A DNA stretch of 41,082 nucleotides, taken from the IMG/VR virus record IMGVR_UViG_3300032231_000009, positions 1 through 41,082 of that record. The stretch is one strand, 5' to 3'. Position 1 is the first letter of the stretch. Every line of letters begins with the position of its first letter. The notes beneath the pieces were generated by a model. The model was not told the origin of the DNA. It searched no databases and saw only the letters and a list, made by a program, of their open reading frames with translations. Positions 1 to 9,868 of the stretch are shown piece after piece. The position numbers and the translations under genes were made by a program. Origin of the DNA: a virus. Its lineage: Duplodnaviria; Caudoviricetes.

Positions 1-182
1 CCAGAACCAGCACGGCATCGGTATCATCGGTGCTAATATGAAGCTGGAGAAGATCGGAATCAACGCCAAAGACATGGAGTTCCTGAAGCAGCAGAGCTTC
101 TCGAGAGATAAGATCGGCTCCATGTTCCACGTTCCTCCTGTCTACATGGGCAACTTCTCCGAAGCGTCCTATGCAAATGCTG
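1..182. repeat. Terminal direct repeat, copy 1 (circular assembly overlap)
   Basis: 1-182 equals 40901-41082 except position 55 C vs 40955 T (synonymous ATC/ATT); lies inside the portal ORF. Confidence 0.97.
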
Positions 183-688
183 ACGCTCAGCGCAAGATGC
201 TCTGGGAAGCCAACCATATTCCGTGGTTGATCTGGTTCTGTCAGTATCTAAACCACATGCTTGTCCCTCGAATCGACCCCGAAGTGGTGGTCACTTTCGA
301 CCGATCATTCATTATCCCTCTGGTGGAGAGCTTCAAAACTCTCACTAAGTCCCTGTCTGACCTGCGACAGTCAGGGTATATCACCACGAACGAGGGCCGG
401 GCCCTGATCGGTATGCCTCCTCTTGAAGAGCATGGGGACATCGTTCTGATTCCTGGTCAGTTCAGGCCCTTGGAAAAGGCCGTCACCAGCGAGCCGGAAC
501 CTGTCGCTCCTTCTCCGGAGGACTCTCAACCCGGGGACAACGATCCTGATGATGCTGCGGACGACCCCGATGAGGATGACGAGTCCGATGGGGAAACGGA
601 GGAGGAGCGGCTTTTTACTCAGTCTCTGATTGAGACATTTGACAAATCACCTTCAACTACATTTGGAGAGCACTACGATGAAACGTAA
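2..688 (+). CDS. HK97-family portal protein, C-terminal part (gene starts at 40152 and crosses the junction; about 478 aa in total)
   Basis: In frame with the 40152 ORF through the repeat; KDMEF...SRDKIGSMFHVPP..MG, SYANA and GYITTNEGRALIGMPP portal motifs; acidic C-terminal tail. Confidence 0.93.
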   Translation, partial: QNQHGIGIIGANMKLEKIGINAKDMEFLKQQSFSRDKIGSMFHVPPVYMGNFSEASYANADAQRKMLWEANHIPWLIWFCQYLNHMLVPRIDPEVVVTFDRSFIIPLVESFKTLTKSLSDLRQSGYITTNEGRALIGMPPLEEHGDIVLIPGQFRPLEKAVTSEPEPVAPSPEDSQPGDNDPDDAADDPDEDDESDGETEEERLFTQSLIETFDKSPSTTFGEHYDET

Positions 689-1706
689 GTTTATCGGAGA
701 GCGTAAAGACGGCGAAGACAGTGCTCTGACCTTCGCTGCAACCACGCTCGCAGTAGACCGGCATGGGGAAGTAGTCGTCCCTGAGGGCGGCAAAGCCAGC
801 TTCCCGCAATACAAGGACAACCCGGTTCTGTTCTATGGCCACATGTCCAGCCCCTTCTGGGACGGGCAGAAGGAGTCCCTGCCCATCGGGCGGGCTGACA
901 ACCTGCGCCTGACAGACGACAACTCGGAGCTCCTTTACGATGCCACGTTCTCCAAGACGAACGATTTCGCTCAGGTGGTCGAAGGACTCGTAAAGGAAGG
1001 AGCGCTCAGCGCGACAAGCATCGGCTTCGTCCCTAAGGTCATCGGCACTGACCCCGTCCTTGACGGACAGACCGGAGTCACGCACCTGGAGTGGGAGCTG
1101 CTCGAGAACTCTATCTGTGGCATTCCTGCTAACGGCTCTGCCCTTCGTAGAGCAGTCAGCAAGTCAGCGGTTTGCAAGAGGTTCGAGAAGGAGCTGCTGC
1201 CCGCTGAGATCAAGCTCACAGACGGTGTCTACCGTGGCATGACAGACAAGAGCTCGGATGGGCATACCCACTCCTATCTCATCGAAGTCAACGAGGGTCA
1301 AATTGTCCTAGGAGCTACCAGCTTCGAAGACAACCACTTCCACACCATCACCAACGAAGCGAGCACCGACTCGTCCGATGGCCACGTTCACCTCATCACC
1401 ATGGAGAAGATCGCGGACAAGAGCCTGATCGAAGTCATGGCAGAAAGTTTCGAGATTCCTCTTGTCGCCCTCGAGTGGACGGCTGATGATCTCGAAGCCA
1501 TCAAGAAGTTCTTGAACCTCCGCGAGGAGCTCAAGGCCAAGCACTCCTCCAAGAAGGAAGAGAGTCGCACCAAGGAACTCGTGTCGGACATCCTCTCTGG
1601 GATCAATGACATTACACAACTACTCTACGATCCCAAGCAGGTCATCGAAGAGGGAGTAAAGAACGGTCTGACCTGCGGTAACACTCAACACATTCGAGGT
1701 AAATGA
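678..1706 (+). CDS. HK97-type prohead protease with His-repeat C-terminal extension
   Basis: DRHGEVV, NPVLFYGH, SIGF and LLENSICGIPAN motifs; GGAG RBS before ATG 678; lies between portal and capsid. Confidence 0.9.
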   Translation: MKRKFIGERKDGEDSALTFAATTLAVDRHGEVVVPEGGKASFPQYKDNPVLFYGHMSSPFWDGQKESLPIGRADNLRLTDDNSELLYDATFSKTNDFAQVVEGLVKEGALSATSIGFVPKVIGTDPVLDGQTGVTHLEWELLENSICGIPANGSALRRAVSKSAVCKRFEKELLPAEIKLTDGVYRGMTDKSSDGHTHSYLIEVNEGQIVLGATSFEDNHFHTITNEASTDSSDGHVHLITMEKIADKSLIEVMAESFEIPLVALEWTADDLEAIKKFLNLREELKAKHSSKKEESRTKELVSDILSGINDITQLLYDPKQVIEEGVKNGLTCGNTQHIRGK

Positions 1707-1707
1707 C

Positions 1708-3165
1708 ATGCCAGAGGTAACTCCACTGGAAGAGCTCAAGAAGAGCATCCACGATCTCACCGCGAAGGTCAAGGAAGGGATCACCCCCAAAGAGACCCTC
1801 GTCACGATGGTCAACGACGCCGTAGCCAGTAACCTGGCAGCGGCACGGACTCCGGCAGAGGAGACCCATCGATTCGATGAGGTTCCCGAGCCGAAGTCTT
1901 TGGTGCGGAAGTTCAACATCAAGTCGATCCACGACGTATGCCGGGCGGACAACACCCGCACGAACCTCTTTGGTCATCCCCAGATCGTGAAGGACTCCTA
2001 CGGGATCCGCACACTGGCGATGAAGGATGAGAGGCTCACCGAGATCCAGACTGCCATCGACGACGTGATGCTGGTGCACACCGCCATGTGCGCCGCCGGC
2101 CCTGCGGAGTACAAGGAGCTGGCTCGTCGTGACCCTCGGGCAGCGATCAAGGGGCTCAAGTCCTTCGACCGCGTGGACCGACTCACCGAGGGCCTCAAGG
2201 CTGTGATGGACACAGGCACGGCCACGGAAGGACTCGAGTGGATCCCGACTGACTTCTCGAGTCAGCTCACGGATGCGATCATGCTCCAGCACATCGTGGC
2301 TGGCTTGTTCCCGCTCATCCGTATGCCCACCGAGCCTTACACGATCCCGACCCAGACCGCGAAGCCCATCGCTTCCGTGGTCGGAGAAGGGGCGGCTGCC
2401 ACCGACACTAACTTCGGAGCATCCATCGCAACGACTGCGAACAAGTCGCTCGCCAGTGTCATCATGAAGTCGTTTGTCGACTTCACCGAGGAGATCACGG
2501 AAGACTCGATCATCCCGATGATCCCCTTCGTCCGAGGCTGGGTCTCGAAGGCTCTGCTCCGCGCAGAGGAGACCATGATTATCAATGGCGATGCCACTGG
2601 AGGTCACATGGACTCCGACACCACGGCAGCCGAAGATCCTCGGAAGGCACTGGACGGTCTCCGTCAGTTCGCCGGCTCGAACATCTACAACACCACGAAC
2701 CCCAGCCCCTTCACTGCGGACATGATTCGTAACACTCGCGCTCTCCTGAGCCCGGGATTCCGAGAGAACCCCAGTGATCTCGCTTACATCACCAGCGGGC
2801 TGGGTCTTCTCAACTTCATTCAGATCGCCGAGGTCCTGACCTTGGACAAGTTTGGTCCTGCGGCCACGATCCTGAACGGACAGATTGGCGCCATCGACGG
2901 CTCGCCGATCATCATCTCCGAGCACGTGCGCGAGGATCTGAATGCCACTGGCGTCTATGATGGCGTCACTACCAACCTCACGATCTTCTTGGCTGTGCAT
3001 CTGCCGAGCTTCGTTCGTGGGACCAAGCGAGACCCCAGGGTCGAGACGGACCGGGACATCAAGACCGGCGTCAACACCATGGCCATCTCCCAACGTCGCG
3101 GCTTCCTGGATCTCCAGGACTCGGCCACGTTCGACAACTGCGCCATCGGTTACAACTTCAACTAG
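1708..3165 (+). CDS. Major capsid protein, HK97 fold, with N-terminal scaffold-like region
   Basis: 485 aa; WIPTDFS, VGEG, EEITEDS, IINGD and GQIGAIDGSPIIISE motifs; strong codon bias; synteny. Confidence 0.93.
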   Translation: MPEVTPLEELKKSIHDLTAKVKEGITPKETLVTMVNDAVASNLAAARTPAEETHRFDEVPEPKSLVRKFNIKSIHDVCRADNTRTNLFGHPQIVKDSYGIRTLAMKDERLTEIQTAIDDVMLVHTAMCAAGPAEYKELARRDPRAAIKGLKSFDRVDRLTEGLKAVMDTGTATEGLEWIPTDFSSQLTDAIMLQHIVAGLFPLIRMPTEPYTIPTQTAKPIASVVGEGAAATDTNFGASIATTANKSLASVIMKSFVDFTEEITEDSIIPMIPFVRGWVSKALLRAEETMIINGDATGGHMDSDTTAAEDPRKALDGLRQFAGSNIYNTTNPSPFTADMIRNTRALLSPGFRENPSDLAYITSGLGLLNFIQIAEVLTLDKFGPAATILNGQIGAIDGSPIIISEHVREDLNATGVYDGVTTNLTIFLAVHLPSFVRGTKRDPRVETDRDIKTGVNTMAISQRRGFLDLQDSATFDNCAIGYNFN

Positions 3166-3225
3166 AGTTCATTGCTCCTGCTCATGGCGGGCGGGAGCAA
3201 GCTATCCCCACACAGAGGTATTGAA

Positions 3226-3507
3226 ATGCGAGTCAAGCTACGTTACATCGGAGAGAAGCCCTTGAAGGTCACGAACAACCCTGTTCGCTGGCTCAGGAAG
3301 GGATCCAACTACCAGTGCCAGGGCGACGAAGCCGAGATGCTCATGAGGAAGCACAAGGACAAGTTCTTCGTTCTCCGCGACGCCTACGGCGAGCTGGGTG
3401 ATGTCATCCCTGCGGTGCCCTCCGATGGCGGAGTCGTATCCCAGGATGACCCTGACCAGAAGAAGGGCATTGCCCAATCCAAGAAGAGGGGTAAGAAGAA
3501 ACCCTAA
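3226..3507 (+). CDS. Hypothetical capsid-adjacent protein with basic C-terminus
   Basis: GAGGT RBS before ATG 3226; ends KKRGKKKP. Confidence 0.6.
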   Translation: MRVKLRYIGEKPLKVTNNPVRWLRKGSNYQCQGDEAEMLMRKHKDKFFVLRDAYGELGDVIPAVPSDGGVVSQDDPDQKKGIAQSKKRGKKKP

Positions 3508-3849
3508 ATGACTACTCTGCCCTCAGTAATCGGCGGCGGCGGAGTCATTAGGTCATCGGGACCTGTTCCAACAACAAGTCCCTTTATCTTGGCTCCATCA
3601 GAGACTGAGAAAGGGGCACGGATCTTATGCACTTGTATCATGGCTTCAGCAGCCAATACAAAAGTGACACTAAGGTCTGGCACCACAATAATCCAGATTA
3701 TGGAAATCCCCTTCCCAGGGGAGCTGTATTTGGGTTACATGCCCTATGGATGGTTCCAAGGGGTACACGGAGAGAACCTCTCCTATCAAGCAGATAAGGC
3801 AGGGGCAGGGCACTTCACAGTAACCTCCTACGCCTGCGACTGTCCATGA
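3508..3849 (+). CDS. Hypothetical virion (beta-rich) protein
   Basis: Directly follows the previous stop; in the head module. Confidence 0.55.
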   Translation: MTTLPSVIGGGGVIRSSGPVPTTSPFILAPSETEKGARILCTCIMASAANTKVTLRSGTTIIQIMEIPFPGELYLGYMPYGWFQGVHGENLSYQADKAGAGHFTVTSYACDCP

Positions 3850-3856
3850 GGGTATA

Positions 3857-4489
3857 ATGGCTATCCGATCCGATCATCTTTGCACTCTTGCTCAGCTCGA
3901 AACCATCCTTGGCACCAATGCTGCGGAAGTAGCTGTCCGAGAGCAGGCTATCGACCGAGCTACCGAAGCGGTGCATAGTTGGTTGGATCGGAAGGTCATC
4001 CACAACCCCGCGCTGGCTACGTCTGTCACGGAGTTACTCGATGTAGACTCCAGGACCGAAGTCCTGTTCCTGAATGAGTGGCCCGTCCCTGTATCCCTGT
4101 CACTGTCGGAAGACTCCGATAGGGTCTTTGCTACGGCACTGACGATCAACGTTGACTACCTGCTCTATGCTGACGAGGGTAGAGTCGAGAAGATCCAAGG
4201 CGACGGAGTCTCGATCAAGACAGGGCAGGACAACAGCTACTTCATTCCTGGTCGTCAGACGGTAAAGGCCATCTACACTCCGGGATACACAGACCTCGCT
4301 TCGGTGCCCTTGGACATCAACCAGGGCTGTCTCGAGTGGGCCATCTTCGTTCTCAACCAACAGAGGGCGTCGGGAATGAGAGAAGCCACCATGAGCCTAA
4401 AGCGACTGGTGTTCACCTCGAGTATCCCGCCACCTCATGTCCAGACTCTTCTAGCTCCTCACCGCAAGATCCAGGTAGCAGGTATCTAA
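3857..4489 (+). CDS. Head-tail adaptor (gp6/gp15-like)
   Basis: LCTLAQLETILG N-terminus, YTPGY...VPLDINQGCLE and LLAPHR motifs; synteny. Confidence 0.8.
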   Translation: MAIRSDHLCTLAQLETILGTNAAEVAVREQAIDRATEAVHSWLDRKVIHNPALATSVTELLDVDSRTEVLFLNEWPVPVSLSLSEDSDRVFATALTINVDYLLYADEGRVEKIQGDGVSIKTGQDNSYFIPGRQTVKAIYTPGYTDLASVPLDINQGCLEWAIFVLNQQRASGMREATMSLKRLVFTSSIPPPHVQTLLAPHRKIQVAGI

Positions 4490-4809
4490 TGCTCTACTGT
4501 TCCAACACTACTGTCACGCTCCTACGCACAAGCAGCACGGTGACTGCGGGTAGAATGGACATGGCCGAGGCAAGTGCGGGGACAGGGATCCAGGCTTATC
4601 GAGAGCACCAGAACACCGACCGGGTCCAAACCGAAGTTGGTATCAAGTCCGTTCTATTCTCCCTCTTCGTTCTTGACACTACGAACGTAGAGCCTTCCGA
4701 CATCATCCAAGACGACGGTGATGGAGCTAAGAAGCATAGGATCACCAATCTTCAGGTATTCGACGATCACTCGGAAGCATCTGCCGAGGAGATCATTGCC
4801 GATGATTAG
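4489..4809 (+). CDS. Probable head-closure (stopper) protein
   Basis: TAATG coupling to the adaptor; 106 aa, beta-rich; position. Confidence 0.6.
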   Translation: MLYCSNTTVTLLRTSSTVTAGRMDMAEASAGTGIQAYREHQNTDRVQTEVGIKSVLFSLFVLDTTNVEPSDIIQDDGDGAKKHRITNLQVFDDHSEASAEEIIADD

Positions 4810-5287
4810 ATGGGGCTTTGAAACGATTGGACTACCCGAAGCCGTCAACTACTGGCGGCAGTTCCCTATTCGGGAACGCAAGGCGCTAGAAGCAGGACTC
4901 AAGAAAGCTTCGCAGATGCTCCTAAGAGAGATGAAGCGGCGAGTCCCTGTATCGTCTGGAGACTTGAAGAAGGCACTACGCATCCGCACGCCTAGTAAGT
5001 TCGAGCATATCGTAGGAGCGGACTCCCGAAATCGATATGCTCACGTAGTCGAGGCTGGACGTAAAGCAGGAGCTAAAGCCCCGCCCCTCTCGTCTCGTAG
5101 GCTACAGCGCTGGCTACGTCAGCACAATATCCCGAAGAACGAGTGGTATGCTGTCGCCCGGTCCATCGGACAAAAGGGTATACTCGCCCGTCCCTTTATG
5201 GCAGAATCCTTGCAAGCGGTTGGAGACAAGATGTTCAAAGAACTCGTAGTAAGAGTTCAAAGGGCTATGAAACGTCGTGGCAAGTAA
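4802..5287 (+). CDS. HK97 gp10-like neck/tail-completion protein
   Basis: VPVSSGDLKKAL, YAHVVEAG and ARPFM motifs. Confidence 0.82.
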   Translation: MIRWGFETIGLPEAVNYWRQFPIRERKALEAGLKKASQMLLREMKRRVPVSSGDLKKALRIRTPSKFEHIVGADSRNRYAHVVEAGRKAGAKAPPLSSRRLQRWLRQHNIPKNEWYAVARSIGQKGILARPFMAESLQAVGDKMFKELVVRVQRAMKRRGK

Positions 5288-5789
5288 CCTATACACAAGC
5301 GAGCTAATGGTTCAAGCGGTGAACCTTATCCGCACAGACGAGCCTATCGGGGGCGGGAACGTTGGCTTGGTCTTGGCCCAAGAGGGTGACCTGAGTCAGC
5401 TCAACCTGGACCTAGACTTAGACACCCTGGTCCCAGCGGTGTTCGTCAGGCCCCAAGAAGGGCAGATGGAGTTCGAAGCCAGTGACCTGGTGGTTGGGTT
5501 CTATGACATCACCTACTTCTTCCGTATCCTGCTACTGGATACGTTTGACACAACAGACAACGTGCTTCAAGCACAACTAGAGAAGTCGAAGTATATTGCT
5601 GACGTGTTCATGAGGGACGTGAGTAGGTTCACTAACCCCCACGCTGAAGCTAACGTCCTTTACAGCCTCCTTACTTCTGTGGACTACGATCCGCCGGAGA
5701 AAGAAGAGCTGAGTCGCATTGGAGTGAACCAAGTGTGGGTAACTGCATTCACTCTTGAAATCCGTGTAAATCAAGCGAGGCAAACATGA
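5277..5789 (+). CDS. Probable tail terminator protein
   Basis: Acidic 170 aa ORF between gp10-like and tail tube genes; PAVFV motif. Confidence 0.6.
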   Translation: MASNLYTSELMVQAVNLIRTDEPIGGGNVGLVLAQEGDLSQLNLDLDLDTLVPAVFVRPQEGQMEFEASDLVVGFYDITYFFRILLLDTFDTTDNVLQAQLEKSKYIADVFMRDVSRFTNPHAEANVLYSLLTSVDYDPPEKEELSRIGVNQVWVTAFTLEIRVNQARQT

Positions 5790-6760
5790 GTCTACCAGGA
5801 CTTGGTGCTTTTATGGGGATCGCAGAAGAAGCAACGTGGGGAACCACTGTTGCTCGAACGCGATACTTCCCACTCCGGGACACCGGAGATTCACTCGATA
5901 TGCCCATCGAGTTCTTCAAATCGGGTGACATCAATGATGCAGCCGAAGACTACCAAAAGGTGTTCGCAGGGCAGCGATCAGTCTCCGGCTCTGTCGAGCT
6001 TGAGCTAACGTTCGATGGCATGCTCATGCTACTTGAGCACGCCTTTGGCCATACACCTACTCCGTCTGGAGCTGGTCCGTATGTCTGGGCCTTCGAGCCA
6101 CCGAGTACCCCAGATGTGGTCGGTAAAGGTCTGAGCATCGAGATCCTTCGATCTGGCTCCTCTGTCAGCTCCTTCTTGTATGCTGGGTGCAAGATCACGT
6201 CTCTGAGCATCGCTGCTTCACAGAATGGTATCATCCTCGCTACGATGGAGTTCTTGGGCAAGGAAGTCACTAAGGTGGCTAAGTCCACTCCCACGGCTGC
6301 CGATATTCGGGGTGAGCTGACCAAGGCTGTGTTCCCGAACGGTCAGGTGACCCAGGCGATACAGATCAACGGAGCGGATCGTATCTGTCGCTCCTTCACG
6401 TTCTCCTACAACAACAACTACGAAACGCGGTTTGGGATCGAGAGCAAGACGACTCTGGAACCCTATCGCTCGAGTAAAGTCATGGGCGAGCTGTCCATGG
6501 AGCTGGAGTTCGAGGACTACGCGGAGTTCGATGACTTCCTAGCTGAGCAGACCCGGGCCATTACCATCGGTATCGCTCAGTCCGCGACTGCTGCTCTTAC
6601 CATCGAAGGAGCACAGACTCGTCTTGTCTCAGGTGCTGTTCCCTTCGTCAACTCGATGGGCATTGTCACCTACAACCCGACGTTCGAGCTCTATGCCGAT
6701 ATCGGCACGACTCGGGAATTCACATTCACAGTTACGAACAACGACGCAACTATCACCTAG
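5786..6760 (+). CDS. Major tail tube protein (siphovirus)
   Basis: GIAEEATWGT, SVSGSVELE and YAGCKITSLSI motifs; no sheath gene present. Confidence 0.85.
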   Translation: MSLPGLGAFMGIAEEATWGTTVARTRYFPLRDTGDSLDMPIEFFKSGDINDAAEDYQKVFAGQRSVSGSVELELTFDGMLMLLEHAFGHTPTPSGAGPYVWAFEPPSTPDVVGKGLSIEILRSGSSVSSFLYAGCKITSLSIAASQNGIILATMEFLGKEVTKVAKSTPTAADIRGELTKAVFPNGQVTQAIQINGADRICRSFTFSYNNNYETRFGIESKTTLEPYRSSKVMGELSMELEFEDYAEFDDFLAEQTRAITIGIAQSATAALTIEGAQTRLVSGAVPFVNSMGIVTYNPTFELYADIGTTREFTFTVTNNDATIT

Positions 6761-6769
6761 AAGTCGATC

Positions 6770-7000
6770 ATGGAGATCAAGATAGTCACCGACGGTGACA
6801 CACAAAACACTGAGTTGTATTTGAACGGGGTACGTATCCTGTTCAAAGAGTTTGACATCATGGGCTCCCTACTCAAGAAGGGTAGGGGGATCAAGATGCA
6901 GTTAGTCCGGCCCGTCCCTGACGGCGTCGGTAATGAGTTCATTTCCTACTATGGTGGGGATTTCAAGAAGATGGACGAGTTGTCCCAGGAGCAGAAGTAA
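6770..7000 (+). CDS. Hypothetical protein
   Basis: 76 aa ORF coupled to the next gene (TAATG). Confidence 0.55.
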   Translation: MEIKIVTDGDTQNTELYLNGVRILFKEFDIMGSLLKKGRGIKMQLVRPVPDGVGNEFISYYGGDFKKMDELSQEQK

Positions 7001-7431
7001 TGTCGATTCAAGAAAAGGTAGCAGCCGACCTCAAGGATGCACTAGGTGTGGCAAACATCGTAGCGCACATGGGTGGCAGAGACAGGGAGCTAGGTTCACC
7101 CAAGCTCAAGTATATCGTGGCCTTTCAAGAGAAGTTCGGGCCAGAGCGCTGTATCTTCATGGGAACAGACACAGAGGTCGTAGCTACGCTCGATGAGCTG
7201 GCTCACATGATCTACTACTGCTCCCAGGGATACGAAGCGGCGTTCACAGACGTAGAGGAAGTCTACGACCTGTGCACCTCGTCCGAGCTCATGGAGGTGC
7301 TCAAGGATGTGCTGGGTTTTTTCGCTGGTATGGACATCGGCGCCTTGACCTCTATTGGGTCGTCAGATACGGGGGACTCCCCCTCAGAGAACTCGGAGAA
7401 CTCCGAATCACCCAGCTCGACTGGTATCTGA
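7000..7431 (+). CDS. Tail assembly chaperone (gpG-like)
   Basis: Between tail tube and tape measure; contains slippery G GGT TTT TTC at 7314-7323. Confidence 0.75.
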   Translation: MSIQEKVAADLKDALGVANIVAHMGGRDRELGSPKLKYIVAFQEKFGPERCIFMGTDTEVVATLDELAHMIYYCSQGYEAAFTDVEEVYDLCTSSELMEVLKDVLGFFAGMDIGALTSIGSSDTGDSPSENSENSESPSSTGI

Positions 7432-7541
7432 GGGCTAAAAAGGATTGGGAAGGCCCAATCCGCAACAGGATCTCGGAGAAAGCCACTAAGGGCGATATCC
7501 TAACTGTTTACAACGTGGGAGACTGGATCGATGGCAAATAG
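7314..7541 (+). CDS. -1 frameshift extension of the tail chaperone (gpGT-like)
   Basis: The -1 frame is open from the slippery site to 7541 (…LDLYWVVRYGGLPLRELGELRITQLDWYLRAK…), overlapping the tape-measure start. Confidence 0.7.
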   Translation, partial: GFFRWYGHRRLDLYWVVRYGGLPLRELGELRITQLDWYLRAKKDWEGPIRNRISEKATKGDILTVYNVGDWIDGK

Positions 7542-9867
7542 TCCTGTAGGCAACAAAGCAGTCAATACGATCACTAACAAGATCACTGGTCAGGACACCA
7601 GTAAGGCTGCCGCTAAGTCTGCGAGCATGAGCCTGAAAAAGCTCATGAAGGATGCCACTGGGCTCCGGTCCAAGTTCCGAGATCTCTCCATCATCGGAAC
7701 AGCGGTGACTCGAGTGTTCCAGGCTATCGGTAAAGGAGCCAGCGCTGTATCCACTAGTGCATCGGATATGGAGCTGGCTAACCGACGCCTGGACTTCGCC
7801 ATTCAGAAGGCAGGCATCACTACAGTCCGAGCAAAGGAGACGATGCTTGACTACGCCGACACCTTGGCTCAGACTACTCGGTTCACTGCTGCTGCTATGA
7901 TTGAGTCCCAGCAGCTATTCATTACGATGGGTGGGCTGGGAGTCAACAACGCTATGAAGGCTACCAAGGCTGTAGCCGACTTCACTGAGGAGTATAAGGG
8001 CGGCAACGGCCTGGTGGAGCTGACCCGCCTAGCTGCTCGAACCCTCCGAGCTGGTGGAGCTGACGCTGGAGAGTTCGGCGTCAAGATGGAAGTCTCCGCT
8101 ACGAAGATGGAGAAGTTCAATACTCTCATCACGCAAATCAACGACATGGCTGCGGGGGCCTCGACACAGATCGCTAAGTCTGGCGCTGGAGCATGGGCCA
8201 TCTTCGCTAACCGAGTCGGGCTAGCCGTCTCCAACATCGGAACTATCATTCTCCAGTCAAGGGAGCTGCAAGCTGTCATCAAGCTGGTGACTAACGAGAT
8301 CAATGCCATGGGGCTAGGTATCTCGGATATCAATAAGCTACCCAAAGAGCTGAGACAGAAGTTCGAGACTGCCTTCCACGGTATCCGCACTGTCGTGGTC
8401 AATCTGATCTTTGCAGTCCTGAACCTCCTGCCCTTGGTGCTCACTGGCATCGGTATCGTCTTCGAGGGTATTCGAGCTGTCATCGAAGTGGCAGGCACCG
8501 CAATCAAGGGGCTAGGGCAAGCCATCCAGTCTATTCCCTGGATCCCTGCTTTCAAGACTGCGGGTAAGGCAGTTGAGCAACTGGGCCAGACGTTCCAGGT
8601 CCTTGACGAGACCCTGGATGATGCTATTGGCTCGAACAAGAGTCTAGCGTGGACAGCTAGGAACGGAGTTGAAAGCCTAAACTTCATGACCAAGGCCGGA
8701 GCCAGTCTGAAGTGGGAGCTCGATCACGGAGTCATCTCAGCGGACAAACTGAATGCTACACTGGACGAGTTAGCTAAAACTAGCACCCATCTTGGTGGGG
8801 TCCAGACTACAGCTCGTAAGAGTTTAGGACAAACTACTAAGTCCCTGGTTACCCAGGCCACTCAGGTAGACGGACTACGTAACTCCTTCAACGCCTTGTT
8901 CCAGGACCTGCTCGACCCCAAGATGCTCGATAGAGAAGCAGTCAAGCTCCTCGGTGACAGGGTCAGGGACCAGCTAGTGGGTCAGTTCTCTGACCTATCC
9001 CTAGGCTCCTTGTTCAGCTTCGACATCGAGCAGTTCAACGAGACTACTGGGGTAAAGGAGATTGTCGAGCAGCTCGGTATCTTGGGCCAGCTCACAGACA
9101 TTGCAGCCTCCCCATTCAGGGCAGTTGGAGAAGAGATCGCAAATGCTACACTACAAGTAGATGAGTTTGGCGTTCGATCCAGTTTGGTTGCCTCTGCTAT
9201 GACAGACGCCTTCCGCCCGGTCGGTCAGGTCCTAGGAGCCATCTTCTCCATCCCAATGAAGGTCATAGGTCAGTTGCTGGATGCAACTTTGGGATGGCTT
9301 GGGCGATTGCTCACGCAAGCTCTGGTATCGATAGGCATAATCGATGCGACCGAGACGGCTGCTACTGTAAAGCAGACAGCTCAGGCCCTGATAGCTAGTA
9401 AGATCGTAGCAGCTAACGCTATTGCTACAGCACAGGGCCTCGCACTAGCCTGGGCCGTCCCAGCGTCACTCGCTGCTATTGCTACCTTGGGCGGAGCCCT
9501 AGCCTTCGGAGCTGCGGTAGTCGGAACCGTCGGCGGAGTGGTAGGAGCCATCTCTGCAATCAACGCGACTGTAGGAGTAGCCAGCACAGCTACAGCAGCA
9601 GCAGCAGAAGGTGGAGTTACTACAAGGCCGATGCTACTAGGGGACAACCCTGGTGGGCAAGAAGCTATCATCCCTCTTGGAAGCGATAGAGGGCAAAGAC
9701 TGTTATCTAAGGCCCTCGGGGGCGGAAGCGGCGGGGTTCGGGTAGACAACCTAAACGTAAGTGTCGAGGGTGGGAGCTCCGACGCCGAACAGTTGGCTAC
9801 TCTGATCGGGGAAAAGGTCGCTGAATCCCTTGAGGGTCTTGCTTCACTCGGAGGACTAGGAATCTAA
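7531..9867 (+). CDS. Tape measure protein
   Basis: 778 aa, Ala/Gly-rich helical protein with hydrophobic segments; C-terminal AEGG..GDNPGGQEAIIPL motif. Confidence 0.9.
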   Translation: MANSPVGNKAVNTITNKITGQDTSKAAAKSASMSLKKLMKDATGLRSKFRDLSIIGTAVTRVFQAIGKGASAVSTSASDMELANRRLDFAIQKAGITTVRAKETMLDYADTLAQTTRFTAAAMIESQQLFITMGGLGVNNAMKATKAVADFTEEYKGGNGLVELTRLAARTLRAGGADAGEFGVKMEVSATKMEKFNTLITQINDMAAGASTQIAKSGAGAWAIFANRVGLAVSNIGTIILQSRELQAVIKLVTNEINAMGLGISDINKLPKELRQKFETAFHGIRTVVVNLIFAVLNLLPLVLTGIGIVFEGIRAVIEVAGTAIKGLGQAIQSIPWIPAFKTAGKAVEQLGQTFQVLDETLDDAIGSNKSLAWTARNGVESLNFMTKAGASLKWELDHGVISADKLNATLDELAKTSTHLGGVQTTARKSLGQTTKSLVTQATQVDGLRNSFNALFQDLLDPKMLDREAVKLLGDRVRDQLVGQFSDLSLGSLFSFDIEQFNETTGVKEIVEQLGILGQLTDIAASPFRAVGEEIANATLQVDEFGVRSSLVASAMTDAFRPVGQVLGAIFSIPMKVIGQLLDATLGWLGRLLTQALVSIGIIDATETAATVKQTAQALIASKIVAANAIATAQGLALAWAVPASLAAIATLGGALAFGAAVVGTVGGVVGAISAINATVGVASTATAAAAEGGVTTRPMLLGDNPGGQEAIIPLGSDRGQRLLSKALGGGSGGVRVDNLNVSVEGGSSDAEQLATLIGEKVAESLEGLASLGGLGI

Positions 9868-9868
9868 C

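Noticed and set aside
1642-3093. 483-aa minus-strand ORF
   Set aside because: Antisense shadow of the codon-biased capsid gene; no motifs or RBS
7869-8693. 274-aa minus-strand ORF and other minus-strand ORFs
   Set aside because: All overlap well-supported + strand genes and lack recognisable motifs
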